The notes: generated from the letters alone by a model not told the origin. Numbered from the stretch's first letter, positions 20,178-30,415 are shown. The stretch: DNA of 64,000 bases from an uncultured Verrucomicrobia subdivision 3 bacterium (GCA_903827955.1 CAIKKJ010000075.1:5147-69146), one strand, 5' to 3'. A program made the numbers and translations.

Positions 20178-22990
20178 CCCCGCTCGTCAAAAAAGAAATC
20201 CGCCTGCTGCTGCCGAGCTTTCTCCTCGGTTGCCTGCTGGCATTTTCCAACTGGCTGCTGCCCATCATAGCGCGAGATTTCGACGGAATATTTTACCTGT
20301 TCCCATTCGTATTCTGCCCGGCGATGGTGGCCATGATGGCACTCAATCCGTTTGGCGGCGAGGTGAGCGCGGGCACGCTGGCCAACCTGTTGGCGCAACC
20401 CATTTCGCGGCTGCGGCTGTGGCAGACGAAAATTGTGCTGTTGGCGCTCGCGCTGTTGATTATCGGCCTGCTCTGGTGTGGATCTTTTATTTTACAATTA
20501 CATTTTTACGGTAACCACGGTGATTTCAAAAATCCGCTGGATGCGCTTATTACCGCCGTCCTCTTCGGCCTCGTGGTTTTTTCCGGCGGACTGTGGACGG
20601 TGCTGCTGCTGCGGCAGGTGGCAGCGGCGTTTTGGTTCACGCTACTCGTGCCGGGCGTGTTGCTGGTGATTGTCTTCGCCATCTTCGGCGGCGAATCGGA
20701 CGAACTCATCACCGCCGTGAGCGTGACGGTGCTGGGGCTTTACAGCCTCGCGGGATTTTTCTTTGCGCGCTGGCTGTTTTTCCGCGCGCAGGATTTGCAA
20801 TGGTCGGGCGGCAGCATCGTCATGCCGGAAATGCGCGGGCTAAAGTGGTGGGGCGAGCGTCCTCGCGAGCCGCACGTCGTGGGTGCCAGCGGCTCGTCAG
20901 TAGCCTCGCCCCACCGAAGACATCCGCGCGCGGCACTGTGGCGCAAGGAATTCATGCTGCACCAGTCGCAATACGTCATGGCCTTCGTGCTGCTCGTGCT
21001 GCACCTCGGCGTGCTGGGCGTGCGACGTTTTTACGACTTGAGCCATTCGCGCGACTTGAAATTCACGCTCGAAATTTTCTGGGGTCTGTGGTTTGTGATG
21101 CCGCTGCTCGTCGGTTGCGCGGCGGTGGCGGAGGAACGCAAAATCGGCACGCTCGAAGGCCAGCTCTGCCTGCCGGTAAAACGGCGCTCGCAGTTCGCCA
21201 TCAAATTTATCGTGATGCTCTTTCTGTCCGTGCTGCTCGGCGTGGTGATGCCGTTGCTACTGGAAGGTAAACGGATTTTGCCGGGCGGCGGCCTTGATTT
21301 CTCAACGGCCACCGGGGTCATGGGACAAATTGCCTCCACAAATTATCCATTCTCCACCATAGAAACGATTTTGTTGAACACGGTGGTCATGGTGTGTCTT
21401 TATTTACCGGTGCTTTTTTTGGTCGGCATTGCTTTGCTGATTGGCGGCATGGCGTTTTACGCGTCGTCGCTGGCCCGCAACACGCTGCAATCGCTTGCGC
21501 CGGCAGTGCTGGGAATTTTGGTCATGTGTTTTCTGCTGGCGGCGGCGGGTATTCCGGCGGTTCCCACAGTTGATTTTATGTGGCGCGGGCCGCTGGCGTA
21601 TTTCATCGGCGTGCCGCTGGTGCTGCTCACGCTGGTGGGCTTGGCGTTTTGGAATTTTCAGCAGGTCAAAGCCAGCGCACAAATGGGCTGGCGCAACCTG
21701 CTGGCGTTCGTGCTGGCCGTGGGGCTGGGCGTGGTGACGACGGCGGCGGTGTATCATCGCGCGTGGGAAAAACTCACGCCGTTCGAGCCGGCGCACGGCG
21801 CGGCGCGGTTGGCGCTGGCGGATTCTGTCCGGTTGGAAAACCCTTGGAACGACTTGAGCGTCCGTTTGCCGGAGGGAAAAATCTGGAAAGCCTGGTCCAA
21901 ATACAACCGACCTGACCCGCTTGATGTGTTGCTGGGAAATTTCAAAGTCGCGAAGCAGGAAGGCGCATATCTCGGCGGCTCGAATTGGACAGCCGTGGTT
22001 GATTGTCTTTGGTATCAACAGGCGGGCATCAAGTCGGACGGGACGCTGTGGGTTTCGCCAAAGCCAAAACGTCCCAGCGCCTCCGAAAGATTCCGGTCCG
22101 TCTTGCCAAAACGAGAAGCACTCGCGCAATTTGGCAGCGAGACCAACTGGAGCAGTCTGGGCTCGCGAGGAATTTTTGCGTTGCTCGTTAAAAATGACGG
22201 AACCTTGTGGCGCTGGGGCGTGACGAATTTTGACTCGAAGCACGAAACCTGGCCCGGCCTGCAAGCCTTCACGCCCCAGCGGCTCGGAACGGAATCAAAC
22301 TGGGCGGAGGTTTCCGAACATAACTACCGGTTTCAACTTCGCGAGACCGACGGCAGCGTCTGGACTTGGAATGACTACGGCAGCACAAACAATCTGACCC
22401 GGCTTGAAATTGAACCGGGGTTCACCGTCGAATCCATGACTAGCTTCAAAAATTTTCGCAGCAAGGCATACATAAATCCTGGATTGCAATACCGCGTCGG
22501 CGTGCGCGACGACGGCACCTTCCGCATCTGGTCTGGTGATCGTGTGGTTATCAATAAAACTTCACGCTACAATTCTTACGAGCAGTTTCCGATGGATTTG
22601 CAAATCGGCAGCGAAACCAACTGGCTCGCCGTCGCTGGCGGCGGCGAAAAAATCATCACGCTCAAAAACGACGGAACGCTCTGGCTGTGGAATTTTCAGC
22701 GGAGTCAATTCAGCGGTGGAGCACAAAACGAATTTGAATCGGAAATCCAAAAGACCGTCCCCGTCCGCCTCGGCAAGCATGCGGACTGGATAGCCATTTC
22801 CGGCGGTTGGGAGGCCACCACTCTCGCCGCCGACGGCAGCCTCTGGTATTGGCCGCTGCAAACCGGCAACCGCTATGACGGTGCCTACAGCACATACGAC
22901 GACCGGAATGATTTCAGCCACATCCGCCCGCTGCTGGAAAGCTCGCGCAAGCCGCAGTTGCTGGGAAATGTGTTTGCCGGCGGACAGTGA
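20174..22990 (+). CDS. Duplicated ABC-2-type permease fused to a C-terminal RCC1/BLIP-II-like beta-propeller
   Basis: Two 'L.KE' / 'E...GTL..L...P..R....K' permease halves; repeated 'K.DGTLW' and 'G.E.NW' blades. Confidence 0.75.
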   Translation: MTPLVKKEIRLLLPSFLLGCLLAFSNWLLPIIARDFDGIFYLFPFVFCPAMVAMMALNPFGGEVSAGTLANLLAQPISRLRLWQTKIVLLALALLIIGLLWCGSFILQLHFYGNHGDFKNPLDALITAVLFGLVVFSGGLWTVLLLRQVAAAFWFTLLVPGVLLVIVFAIFGGESDELITAVSVTVLGLYSLAGFFFARWLFFRAQDLQWSGGSIVMPEMRGLKWWGERPREPHVVGASGSSVASPHRRHPRAALWRKEFMLHQSQYVMAFVLLVLHLGVLGVRRFYDLSHSRDLKFTLEIFWGLWFVMPLLVGCAAVAEERKIGTLEGQLCLPVKRRSQFAIKFIVMLFLSVLLGVVMPLLLEGKRILPGGGLDFSTATGVMGQIASTNYPFSTIETILLNTVVMVCLYLPVLFLVGIALLIGGMAFYASSLARNTLQSLAPAVLGILVMCFLLAAAGIPAVPTVDFMWRGPLAYFIGVPLVLLTLVGLAFWNFQQVKASAQMGWRNLLAFVLAVGLGVVTTAAVYHRAWEKLTPFEPAHGAARLALADSVRLENPWNDLSVRLPEGKIWKAWSKYNRPDPLDVLLGNFKVAKQEGAYLGGSNWTAVVDCLWYQQAGIKSDGTLWVSPKPKRPSASERFRSVLPKREALAQFGSETNWSSLGSRGIFALLVKNDGTLWRWGVTNFDSKHETWPGLQAFTPQRLGTESNWAEVSEHNYRFQLRETDGSVWTWNDYGSTNNLTRLEIEPGFTVESMTSFKNFRSKAYINPGLQYRVGVRDDGTFRIWSGDRVVINKTSRYNSYEQFPMDLQIGSETNWLAVAGGGEKIITLKNDGTLWLWNFQRSQFSGGAQNEFESEIQKTVPVRLGKHADWIAISGGWEATTLAADGSLWYWPLQTGNRYDGAYSTYDDRNDFSHIRPLLESSRKPQLLGNVFAGGQ
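20847..20915. repeat. REP-like palindromic element, copy 1 (69 bp, in frame in the ABC permease)
   Basis: GGTGGGGCGAGCGTCCTCGCGAGCCG - 17 nt - CGGCTCGTCAGTAGCCTCGCCCCACC; both arms identical to 42527-42588. Confidence 0.92.
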
Positions 22991-23034
22991 AGCAAAAACT
23001 TTGTGTCCGAGCGGCTTCGTGCTAGTTTTCCGCC

Positions 23035-23949
23035 GTGGAAACCGTCACGCAACTCACGAACCAGCTCGTCGCATCCTACGCGAAGGCGGGCGGCATCAAT
23101 CATCTGGACGGAAAAAACCTGCCGTCCAAACGCGTCGTCACCGAATTGACGTGCGGTTTGCTGCGCCTGCTCTTCCCCGGATTTTTTGACGAGAAGCTGA
23201 TTCATTCGTCCGAGATCAAAGTCGAGACGGCGGCGTTGTTAGATTCCATTCTCGGCACGCTGGAAGATGAAATCCGCAAGGCGCTTGAATACCAAACGCC
23301 CGCTGGCCTCGCGAAAAGTGACGTGGCAAATGAGGCGCACAAGCTGACGGTGGAATTTCTCGGCAGCCTGCCGCGTGTCCGCGAAATTTTGCAGACGGAC
23401 GTAGACGCGGCCTTCGACGGCGACCCGGCGGCGGCGAGCAAAGAGGAAATTATTGTTTCGTATCCGTTCATCGAAGCCATCGCCGTGCAACGGCTGGCGC
23501 ATGAGCTTTACCTCAAGAACATCGCGCTCATTCCGCGCATCATGAGCGAATGGGCGCACGCGCGCACAGGCATGGACCTGCATCCGGGCGCGAAGATTGG
23601 GACGCATTTTTTTGTGGATCATTGCACCGGCACAGTTGTCGGCGAGACGGCCATCATCGGCAACCATGTGAAGATGTATCACGGCGTGACGCTTGGCGCA
23701 AAATCCACGGCAGGCGGGCAATTGCTCAAGGGCAAGAAACGCCATCCGACCATCGAAGATCGCGTAACGATTTATCCCGGCGCGACCATTCTCGGCGGCG
23801 AAACCATCATTGGCGTGGGCAGCACCATCGGCGGCAACGTGTTCATCATGGATAGCGTGCAGCCGAACTCGCTCGTCATCTACGACGGCCTTGATATGCG
23901 TGTGTTGAGCAAGGCGGATAAAAATTCCGGGCTCGATTTTCAGATTTGA
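23035..23949 (+). CDS. cysE: Serine O-acetyltransferase (EpsC/CysE type)
   Basis: DGDPAA, E...SYP, TG.D.HPGA.IG, DH.TG.V.GET, GVTLGA, KRHPTI. Confidence 0.9.
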   Translation: METVTQLTNQLVASYAKAGGINHLDGKNLPSKRVVTELTCGLLRLLFPGFFDEKLIHSSEIKVETAALLDSILGTLEDEIRKALEYQTPAGLAKSDVANEAHKLTVEFLGSLPRVREILQTDVDAAFDGDPAAASKEEIIVSYPFIEAIAVQRLAHELYLKNIALIPRIMSEWAHARTGMDLHPGAKIGTHFFVDHCTGTVVGETAIIGNHVKMYHGVTLGAKSTAGGQLLKGKKRHPTIEDRVTIYPGATILGGETIIGVGSTIGGNVFIMDSVQPNSLVIYDGLDMRVLSKADKNSGLDFQI

Positions 23950-23962
23950 AATATCCCGGAGC

Positions 23963-24012
23963 AAAACAACGCCGCGCTTCGACGTGAGTCAAAGCGCGGC
24001 GTTTTGTTTTTT
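23963..24012. terminator. Probable bidirectional terminator between cysE and rhaT
   Basis: AACGCCGCGCTTcGAC-gtga-GTCaAAGCGCGGCGTT with A-rich left and T-rich right flanks. Confidence 0.75.
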
Positions 24013-24017
24013 GAGAA

Positions 24018-25265
24018 TTATTTTTTGAGCGCGTCCACAGCGTTCTTGGTGGCATCCGCTGTTGCTTGCGCGGCGTCTTTGACCGTTTCCACCGCCGTTG
24101 CCGCTGCACCTTTCAACGTGGCCGCGGCGTCTTCCGACTTCTTGTTGCCCCAGCCGATGATGCAAGTCGAGCCGACGAGCAGCGCGAGCATCAGCACGAC
24201 CAGTTTTTTCGTGAACGGCTGTGCGCCGCGCCATTCCTTGAAGAAAATTCCCCACAGCGTGCTGAAAATGATGATGCTCGCCATATGCAGCGTCCAACTG
24301 GAAAATTTATACGCGCCCATCTGGCTCTCACCCATCTGGTAGAAGAAAAATTGCAGATACCAGAACGTGCCGGCGAGGATGCAGAAAAACCAGTTGCCGC
24401 CGAGCGGCACGGCGCTGCCGATCTCGAACGATTGCACGGAAGTTTTTCCACCGTGGCCGTCGCCGCCCGTTGTCTGGCTGTTCACTGGTTTGACCGTGGG
24501 ACTGAAGTATTGGTGCGCCGAGCCGTTCTTGATGTGCAGCATCACGCACCAGAGAAAATTCGTCGTCAGGCCGCCGAGCAAAATCGTGACCACCACCGGC
24601 AGACCGGCAAATTTGGGGTCGGTTCCGTGCGCGAGCGACAGGTCGTGAATCGGCCCGCCGTATTGAAAGCCAAACGAGAAACACGCGCTCATCACGCCGG
24701 AGAACGTCGCGATGGCGAGGCCTTTCCACAAATTAAATTCCGGCAGCACGCTGTTGCTCCCGCTCATTTCCTTTTCCTTGCGCACACCAGCAACGCCACC
24801 AATGAAAATTCCCAGCAAACAGACGAACACGCCGAGCAGCACCAACGGCCCGCCAACGCTCGTGCCGGAATGGTTCAGCAGCTTGTCGGCGAATTCACCC
24901 TTCACAATCGGCGGGACGAGCGTGCCGAACGCCGCGCAGTAGCCCAGCGCCACCGCCATGCCCAGCGACATGCCGAGATAACGCATCGTCAGCCCGAATG
25001 TCAATCCGCCGAAACCCCACAACGCGCCCATCAGATATGTCATCCAAAACGTGTGGCTTGGCGTCTCGTGTAACACTTGGAGCAAATCTTTCGACAGCAC
25101 AAACGCGCCAATCCACGGGCAAATGAGCCAGCTGAACATTCCGCCCGCCAGCCAGAAAGTTTCCCACGACCATTTGCGGACGCCTTTGAAGGGAACGTAA
25201 AAACTGCCGGACGCGAGACCGCCGAGCCAGTGAAAGACGACGCCAAGTAAGGGATTCGGTTGCAT
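24018..25265 (-). CDS. rhaT: L-rhamnose/proton symporter
   Basis: SFYVP.K.V.KWSWE, LWGFGGLTFGLTMRYLG.S.G, WYLQFFFY, SWTLHM, KEW. Confidence 0.92.
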   Translation of the reverse strand: MQPNPLLGVVFHWLGGLASGSFYVPFKGVRKWSWETFWLAGGMFSWLICPWIGAFVLSKDLLQVLHETPSHTFWMTYLMGALWGFGGLTFGLTMRYLGMSLGMAVALGYCAAFGTLVPPIVKGEFADKLLNHSGTSVGGPLVLLGVFVCLLGIFIGGVAGVRKEKEMSGSNSVLPEFNLWKGLAIATFSGVMSACFSFGFQYGGPIHDLSLAHGTDPKFAGLPVVVTILLGGLTTNFLWCVMLHIKNGSAHQYFSPTVKPVNSQTTGGDGHGGKTSVQSFEIGSAVPLGGNWFFCILAGTFWYLQFFFYQMGESQMGAYKFSSWTLHMASIIIFSTLWGIFFKEWRGAQPFTKKLVVLMLALLVGSTCIIGWGNKKSEDAAATLKGAAATAVETVKDAAQATADATKNAVDALKK

Positions 25266-25278
25266 GATTTATTTTGGT

Positions 25279-26532
25279 TTAGTTGCGTTTGCTCAAAACT
25301 GTTTTCTCGTAATTCTTCGCTTCTGTCAGCCAATGTTCGCCGACGGGAACGCCCTGACTTTCGCAGTAATAGTCCCAGACCGCGCCGAACGGCAGCGTCT
25401 TGGCTTCTTCCTGCAATGCGAGACGCGTGGTGAAATCTCCCGCCGCTTCCGCCGTGCGGATGAGCGGGGTTTCGAGCAGCGCGATGAGCAGGGCGCGAAT
25501 CATGTTGCGCGTGCCGATGGTCCACGCGGCGACGCGATTGATGCTGGCGTCGAAATAGTCGAGGCCGATGTGAACGCGCTTCTCAAAACCGTTCACCGCG
25601 ATTTCGCGGGCGATGGCGAGCAGGTCGTCGTTGAGAATCACGACGTGATCGCTGTCCCAGCGCACGCCGCGGCTGACGTGCAGCAAAATCTCCGGCATGA
25701 ATTGCAACACGCTGGAAATCTTGTCAGCGATGCCTTCGGTCGGATGATAATGGCCGGCATCGAGCGTTAGCAGCTTCTTCCGACTGACCGCATAGCCCAG
25801 ATAAAATTCATGCGAGCCGACCACAAAACTTTCACTGCCGATGCCGAACAGTTTCGGCTCCACCGCATCGAGATTAAGCTTCGGCGAAATCTGTTTCTTG
25901 AAAATCGCGTCGAGCGATTCCGCCAAGCGTTCACGGGGCGAAACGCGATCCGCCGGCGTGTCCTTCATGCCGTCGGGTATCCACACATTCGTCACGCAGG
26001 TCTTGCCGAGCGCCTTACCCATCGCCGCGCCGATCTCGCGCGAGCGGATGCAATGCTCAATCCAGAATTTCCGCACACCCTTATCCGCGTGCGACAGCGT
26101 GAAGCCATCCGCCGCCTGCGGATGCGAGAAGCACGTCGGATTAAAGTCGAGGCCGAGGCCGTTCTTCTTCGCCCAAGAAATCCAGTTCGCGAAATGCTTC
26201 GGCTCGATGGCGTCGCGATCCACTTTTTTGCCACCAAATTCGCCGTAGAAGGCGTGCAGGTTCAAGCGATGCTTGCCGGGAATGAGCGAGAGGGATTTAT
26301 CGAGGTCAGCGCGGAGTTCATCCGGCGTGCGGGCTTTGCCGGGATAATTTCCGGTGACCGCCAGACCGTTGACCAACGCGCCGCCGGCATTTTCAAAACC
26401 ACCCACATCATCACCCTGCCAGCAGTGCAGTGAAATGGGAATCGTGGCCAGCGTTTGCAACGCGTGTTCCACATCCACGCCGAGACCGGCATAACGTTCT
26501 TGGGCGAGGCAAAATGATTTGGCAATGCTCAT
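25279..26532 (-). CDS. rhaA: L-rhamnose isomerase
   Basis: [52 protein letters not shown]; ATG at 26532. Confidence 0.95.
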   Translation of the reverse strand: MSIAKSFCLAQERYAGLGVDVEHALQTLATIPISLHCWQGDDVGGFENAGGALVNGLAVTGNYPGKARTPDELRADLDKSLSLIPGKHRLNLHAFYGEFGGKKVDRDAIEPKHFANWISWAKKNGLGLDFNPTCFSHPQAADGFTLSHADKGVRKFWIEHCIRSREIGAAMGKALGKTCVTNVWIPDGMKDTPADRVSPRERLAESLDAIFKKQISPKLNLDAVEPKLFGIGSESFVVGSHEFYLGYAVSRKKLLTLDAGHYHPTEGIADKISSVLQFMPEILLHVSRGVRWDSDHVVILNDDLLAIAREIAVNGFEKRVHIGLDYFDASINRVAAWTIGTRNMIRALLIALLETPLIRTAEAAGDFTTRLALQEEAKTLPFGAVWDYYCESQGVPVGEHWLTEAKNYEKTVLSKRN

Positions 26533-26621
26533 GTCGTAAAATTCAAATAATATGGGATTTTGTCCGCGCAGGCTAGTCACGCAAGCGCGGGCGGGCAATC
26601 CCCAATTGTGGTTAGGTAATT

Positions 26622-27743
26622 TTATTTCGTGCCGTTTGCTTGCAGATGAGCTCTCAAATCTTTGGACGTAGCCAGCGCGATTACGCGACCTTCGCTGCCG
26701 ACGGCGCAGTAGAAGTGATAGACCACGCCGTTCCATTTCACGACCCACGGTTTGTGCGCGTAGGTTTGGTCGAATGGCTCGCTAGGCTGAATTAATTTTT
26801 TCCCATCCCATTTGGTCCAGTGAACGAGGTCGTAGGAACACGCAAACGTGTCGAACGCGTGCGGCTGCCAGCCGGCTCCAAAATAAAACATCGTCCACAC
26901 GTCACCCAGCTTCACGATTTGCGGGTCACCGCTGATGCCGTTCTTTTTCGCCTCGCCGTTGACGATGACGGAGTTGGTTCCGTAGCGGCTCCAGTTTTTC
27001 AGGTCGCTGGAAACGGCCATGCCGATTTGTTCGTAGCCGTTTTTATATTTCGCGTTGTAAAACATCACAAACGGCCAGCCGAGCGACTGAGCCTCGTCGT
27101 GGATGATCTGGCTTTTGTAGAGCGTCTTGGTTTCAAACTCGCGCGCGTCCGGCTGCTTCGGCGACAGCACGGGGTTTTCTGCAAGCCGCGTCCACTCCTT
27201 CGCTTTCGTCGGCGATTTTGTCCACGCCACGCCGAGTGAAAGCGGGTCGGTCTCGTAGCCTTGCTTCGCGCCGCCGATGTAGGTGAGCCAAAACTTGCCG
27301 GCGAATTTTTCTAGTGCGTGCGTGCCGTCCCAATGGTAATCGCACAACGCAATTCCGCCGTCCGCCTGCCACGCGTCCCACTGGTTCGTGGGCGTGAAGG
27401 TAAGAATTTTTCCCAGCTTCTCCCAATGCAACAGGTCGTCGCTCTTCGCAAGGAACGTCTGGTAGCCCACCTTGTTCGTGATGGCAACATACAGCATGAA
27501 CCAATGCTTGCCGCTGCGGAAAATGCTCGGGCAATCCACGAGCACGTTCGTGCTTTCGCCGCGCAGCACTACGCCATATTTAAACGGCGTCTTCACCTCG
27601 TCGTAAATCTGCTGCATCACGTTCGTGTCCACAAGCCGGCCTTCGGGGATGGCGGGGATGACCGTGCGATGGGAATCAGCGGCGTGAACACTCTGGAGTG
27701 CCAGACCAGACAAGCACACAGATAGCAGCAACAGTAGTTTCAT
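26622..27743 (-). CDS. Secreted five-bladed beta-propeller glycoside hydrolase (GH137-like)
   Basis: Signal peptide; '[15 protein letters not shown]', DCPS.F, SDDLLHW, GYETDPL and AHKPWVV blades; family assigned from memory of GH137 sequences. Confidence 0.7.
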   Translation of the reverse strand: MKLLLLLSVCLSGLALQSVHAADSHRTVIPAIPEGRLVDTNVMQQIYDEVKTPFKYGVVLRGESTNVLVDCPSIFRSGKHWFMLYVAITNKVGYQTFLAKSDDLLHWEKLGKILTFTPTNQWDAWQADGGIALCDYHWDGTHALEKFAGKFWLTYIGGAKQGYETDPLSLGVAWTKSPTKAKEWTRLAENPVLSPKQPDAREFETKTLYKSQIIHDEAQSLGWPFVMFYNAKYKNGYEQIGMAVSSDLKNWSRYGTNSVIVNGEAKKNGISGDPQIVKLGDVWTMFYFGAGWQPHAFDTFACSYDLVHWTKWDGKKLIQPSEPFDQTYAHKPWVVKWNGVVYHFYCAVGSEGRVIALATSKDLRAHLQANGTK

Positions 27744-27765
27744 AATCAATTTCAGTTTGGGAATA

Positions 27766-28839
27766 TCAATGGCCGGAATTTTTCGTCGCGCGGATGATTT
27801 CATTGCGACCGCTTTGCGCCGAACTGCAGGCGGCGGCGATGATTTCCATCGAGGCGAGGCCAAGTTCGCCCGACGAACCATTGGCAGCATTGCCGAGAAT
27901 CGCCTCGATAAAATTTAGCGCGGGTGATTGCGCCGGATAGATTTCTTCCGCCGCGAGCGGTTTGAATTCCGTGCGTTGGTTCGCAAAATCGGTCAGCGTC
28001 ATCGTGCCGCGCCACAGTTCCAGTTGCAAAATGGCTTGGCTGCCGAAAACACGAACCTCGTAATTTTTTTCCGCCAACGGCGTTGCGGCCGTGCTGGCGA
28101 GCGAAACAAGCGCGCCGTTTTCCATTGTAATGGTTAGGGCGTTGTAGAGGTCGTTCGGCGAGCCGTCGCGGTCGAAGCGCGCGAAGACTTCGGCCGGGCG
28201 CAGTCCGGTGAGAAACGTCAGATACGCCGCCGCGTGCGAGACCTGACAGTAGATTTGCCCGCCGCCGGCGATGGCCGGGTCGTTGTAAGAACCGCGCCCC
28301 GGCTGGACATAGACGTTGTCCATCCCGTGTGTCGGCGAGGTGTTGATGCCGCGCAGCAACTGGTCAATCGGGTTGGTCATCAGCACGGAAATCATTTTGA
28401 CTTCGCCCAGCGCACCGGCATGAATCAAACGCCGCGCCTCGATGCCGTGCCGCGTGAAATGCCACGGGCAACTGATAAGCAATTGCAAATTTTTCTGTGC
28501 CGCCAATTCCACGAGCTCACGCGCTTCGGCGGCGGTGAAAGTCATCGGCTTTTCCACCAGCACATGCAGCCCGCGTTCGAGCGCAGCCTTGGCTTGCGCG
28601 TAGTGGACGTTCGGCGTGGAGGCCACGATGACAGCGTCGAGCGGTTGCAGCGCGAGCAAGGACTCAACTTCAGTGCAGGCGTGGGCCGCGCCAAAATCCC
28701 GCGCGATTTTTTCCGCCTGCTCGCGACCGCGTGTCTGGATGGCGACGAGTTTTGCCGCCGGATGCGATCGCACCGCCGGCAGGTGAGCGAAGGTCGCCCA
28801 CCATCCCGCGCCAATCACGCCAATGGAAATTTGCTTCAT
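27766..28839 (-). CDS. Gfo/Idh/MocA family oxidoreductase
   Basis: GVIGAG, STPN..H, HVLVEKP, GGG...H motifs. Confidence 0.9.
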   Translation of the reverse strand: MKQISIGVIGAGWWATFAHLPAVRSHPAAKLVAIQTRGREQAEKIARDFGAAHACTEVESLLALQPLDAVIVASTPNVHYAQAKAALERGLHVLVEKPMTFTAAEARELVELAAQKNLQLLISCPWHFTRHGIEARRLIHAGALGEVKMISVLMTNPIDQLLRGINTSPTHGMDNVYVQPGRGSYNDPAIAGGGQIYCQVSHAAAYLTFLTGLRPAEVFARFDRDGSPNDLYNALTITMENGALVSLASTAATPLAEKNYEVRVFGSQAILQLELWRGTMTLTDFANQRTEFKPLAAEEIYPAQSPALNFIEAILGNAANGSSGELGLASMEIIAAACSSAQSGRNEIIRATKNSGH

Positions 28840-28932
28840 GCCGGAAACAGCTGACGGCGCGCTTAACTGGTTGCCGCCAAATTTTGGTTTGCCCGACGGT
28901 GTCAAAAAAAATGCGCGTTGCCGAGAATTTTG

Positions 28933-29586
28933 TCAGAAAGCGGCGGTCTGCTGCACTGCCGCCGCGAGCAGTCCGAGGTAGCTGCTGCGCGAAATTACTT
29001 TTGCTCCGAAAGGTTCGGTCGCGGGCGTGACCATTTGGATGTCGAACAATGAAAACTTTCTTTCACGCAAATGCGCCGCGAGTTTTACGAGCGCGACCTT
29101 CGAGGCGTTGTCTGCGCGGTGGAACATGGATTCGCCCGCGAACAATCCGCCAACACTTACGCCGTAGATGCCGCCCACAAGTTTTCCGGACTGCCAGCAC
29201 TCGACGCTGTGCGCGTGACCGAGTTCGTGCAGCCGCGTGTAGGCCGCGATGAACTCCGGCGAAATCCAAGTGCCGCCGCGTTTCGGATCCGGCGCGGCGC
29301 ACGCGGTCATTACCTTGCGGAACGCAGTGTTCACGGTGACTTCAAACGGACAGCGGCGAATAAATTTTGCTAGGCTCGCGGAAACATGAAACGTATCCAG
29401 CGGCATCACGCCGCGTGGTTCCGGGGACCACCAAGAAATCGGATTCACGCTCCACGGAAAAATTCCGCTGCGATACGCGAGCAGCAGCCTTTCAGGCGAA
29501 AGGTCGCCGCCGACCGCGAGCAGGCCATCCGCGTCGGCCGCGTTTACGTCGGGAAACCAGAGTCGCTGATCCAGCATCGCGGGCAT
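28933..29586 (-). CDS. aat: Leucyl/phenylalanyl-tRNA-protein transferase
   Basis: GLLAVGGDL, AY..GIFPW, WWSPEPR, AHSVECW, F.GESMF, ASKVAL. Confidence 0.95.
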   Translation of the reverse strand: MPAMLDQRLWFPDVNAADADGLLAVGGDLSPERLLLAYRSGIFPWSVNPISWWSPEPRGVMPLDTFHVSASLAKFIRRCPFEVTVNTAFRKVMTACAAPDPKRGGTWISPEFIAAYTRLHELGHAHSVECWQSGKLVGGIYGVSVGGLFAGESMFHRADNASKVALVKLAAHLRERKFSLFDIQMVTPATEPFGAKVISRSSYLGLLAAAVQQTAAF

Positions 29587-29589
29587 GGT

Positions 29590-30081
29590 TCACTCCGGCA
29601 GTTCCGGCGGCACGTCGCCGTTGATGATGCCGAGGAAAAACATTTCGAACGCCCCGGCGATCTCCATAAACATCGCGCGCCGCGCGCCCTCGGAGTTTGG
29701 CGCAATTTTTTTCTTTGGTTCATAGCCCGGCGAACCCAGCGCAAGCCAGCAGCCGATGCGCACGTCGTTGACGACTTGCAGCAGCCATTCCAAATCAGTT
29801 CGGGAGAAAGCAGCCTGGCTTGCATTTTCTTTATCCGTGAACCGCCCCGGCTCGTTGATCAGCGCGAGAACTTCCTGCTGGTTTTGCTGGCGTTGCGCCT
29901 TGAGCGCGTCGTCGAGCAACTGCTGGTTTTCCTCGCGTCGCGGAAATTTTTTATCCTTCGTCAACCGGTGGTGCGCGGCTGGCACGAGCGGATACATGGA
30001 AAGCAGATGCAGCAGCAGCAGCTTTTCCTCGGTGGCAAACTCAATCAAAAAGTTTCCACCGTCATGGCCAAGAAATTTCAT
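29590..30081 (-). CDS. DUF2017-like protein
   Basis: 'WLQVVNDVRIG...ALG' motif; overlaps the clpS stop (ATGA). Confidence 0.6.
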   Translation of the reverse strand: MKFLGHDGGNFLIEFATEEKLLLLHLLSMYPLVPAAHHRLTKDKKFPRREENQQLLDDALKAQRQQNQQEVLALINEPGRFTDKENASQAAFSRTDLEWLLQVVNDVRIGCWLALGSPGYEPKKKIAPNSEGARRAMFMEIAGAFEMFFLGIINGDVPPELPE

Positions 30082-30383
30082 TTGCCATCGCGCTCCAGCG
30101 TGGCATTGAGCGTGTATTTCTGAAGCTGGTGAACGTAGAACTCCGCTTTCTCCAAACTCTCCCGCGTCAGCACGCTCTTGCCGTTTTTGTGAACTTCCAG
30201 CATGTGCTTCTCGGCTTTCTTGCGCTCCCAGCCGAAGACGGTTTGGAAAACATGCGTCACATAATCCATCAAATTCACCGGGTCGTCCCAGCAGATGACG
30301 AGATAGCCCGGCTCGTGTTCGCTGGCGGAATCCGCCGCATGCGAAATGTCCGGGGCGACTTCAGGAAAAGCGGTGGCGGGCAT
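30078..30383 (-). CDS. clpS: ATP-dependent Clp protease adaptor ClpS (actinobacterial-like)
   Basis: WDDPVNLMDYVT.VF, MLEVH..G, E.AE.Y...L....L.AT. Confidence 0.92.
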   Translation of the reverse strand: MPATAFPEVAPDISHAADSASEHEPGYLVICWDDPVNLMDYVTHVFQTVFGWERKKAEKHMLEVHKNGKSVLTRESLEKAEFYVHQLQKYTLNATLERDGK

Positions 30384-30415
30384 GATTCAATTTATTTCAG
30401 TCGCACAAAAAAACT

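Noticed and set aside
27692-27720. TGGAGTGC motif in the GH signal-peptide region as another REP remnant
   Set aside because: Too short, with no second copy or convincing partner arm in the window.
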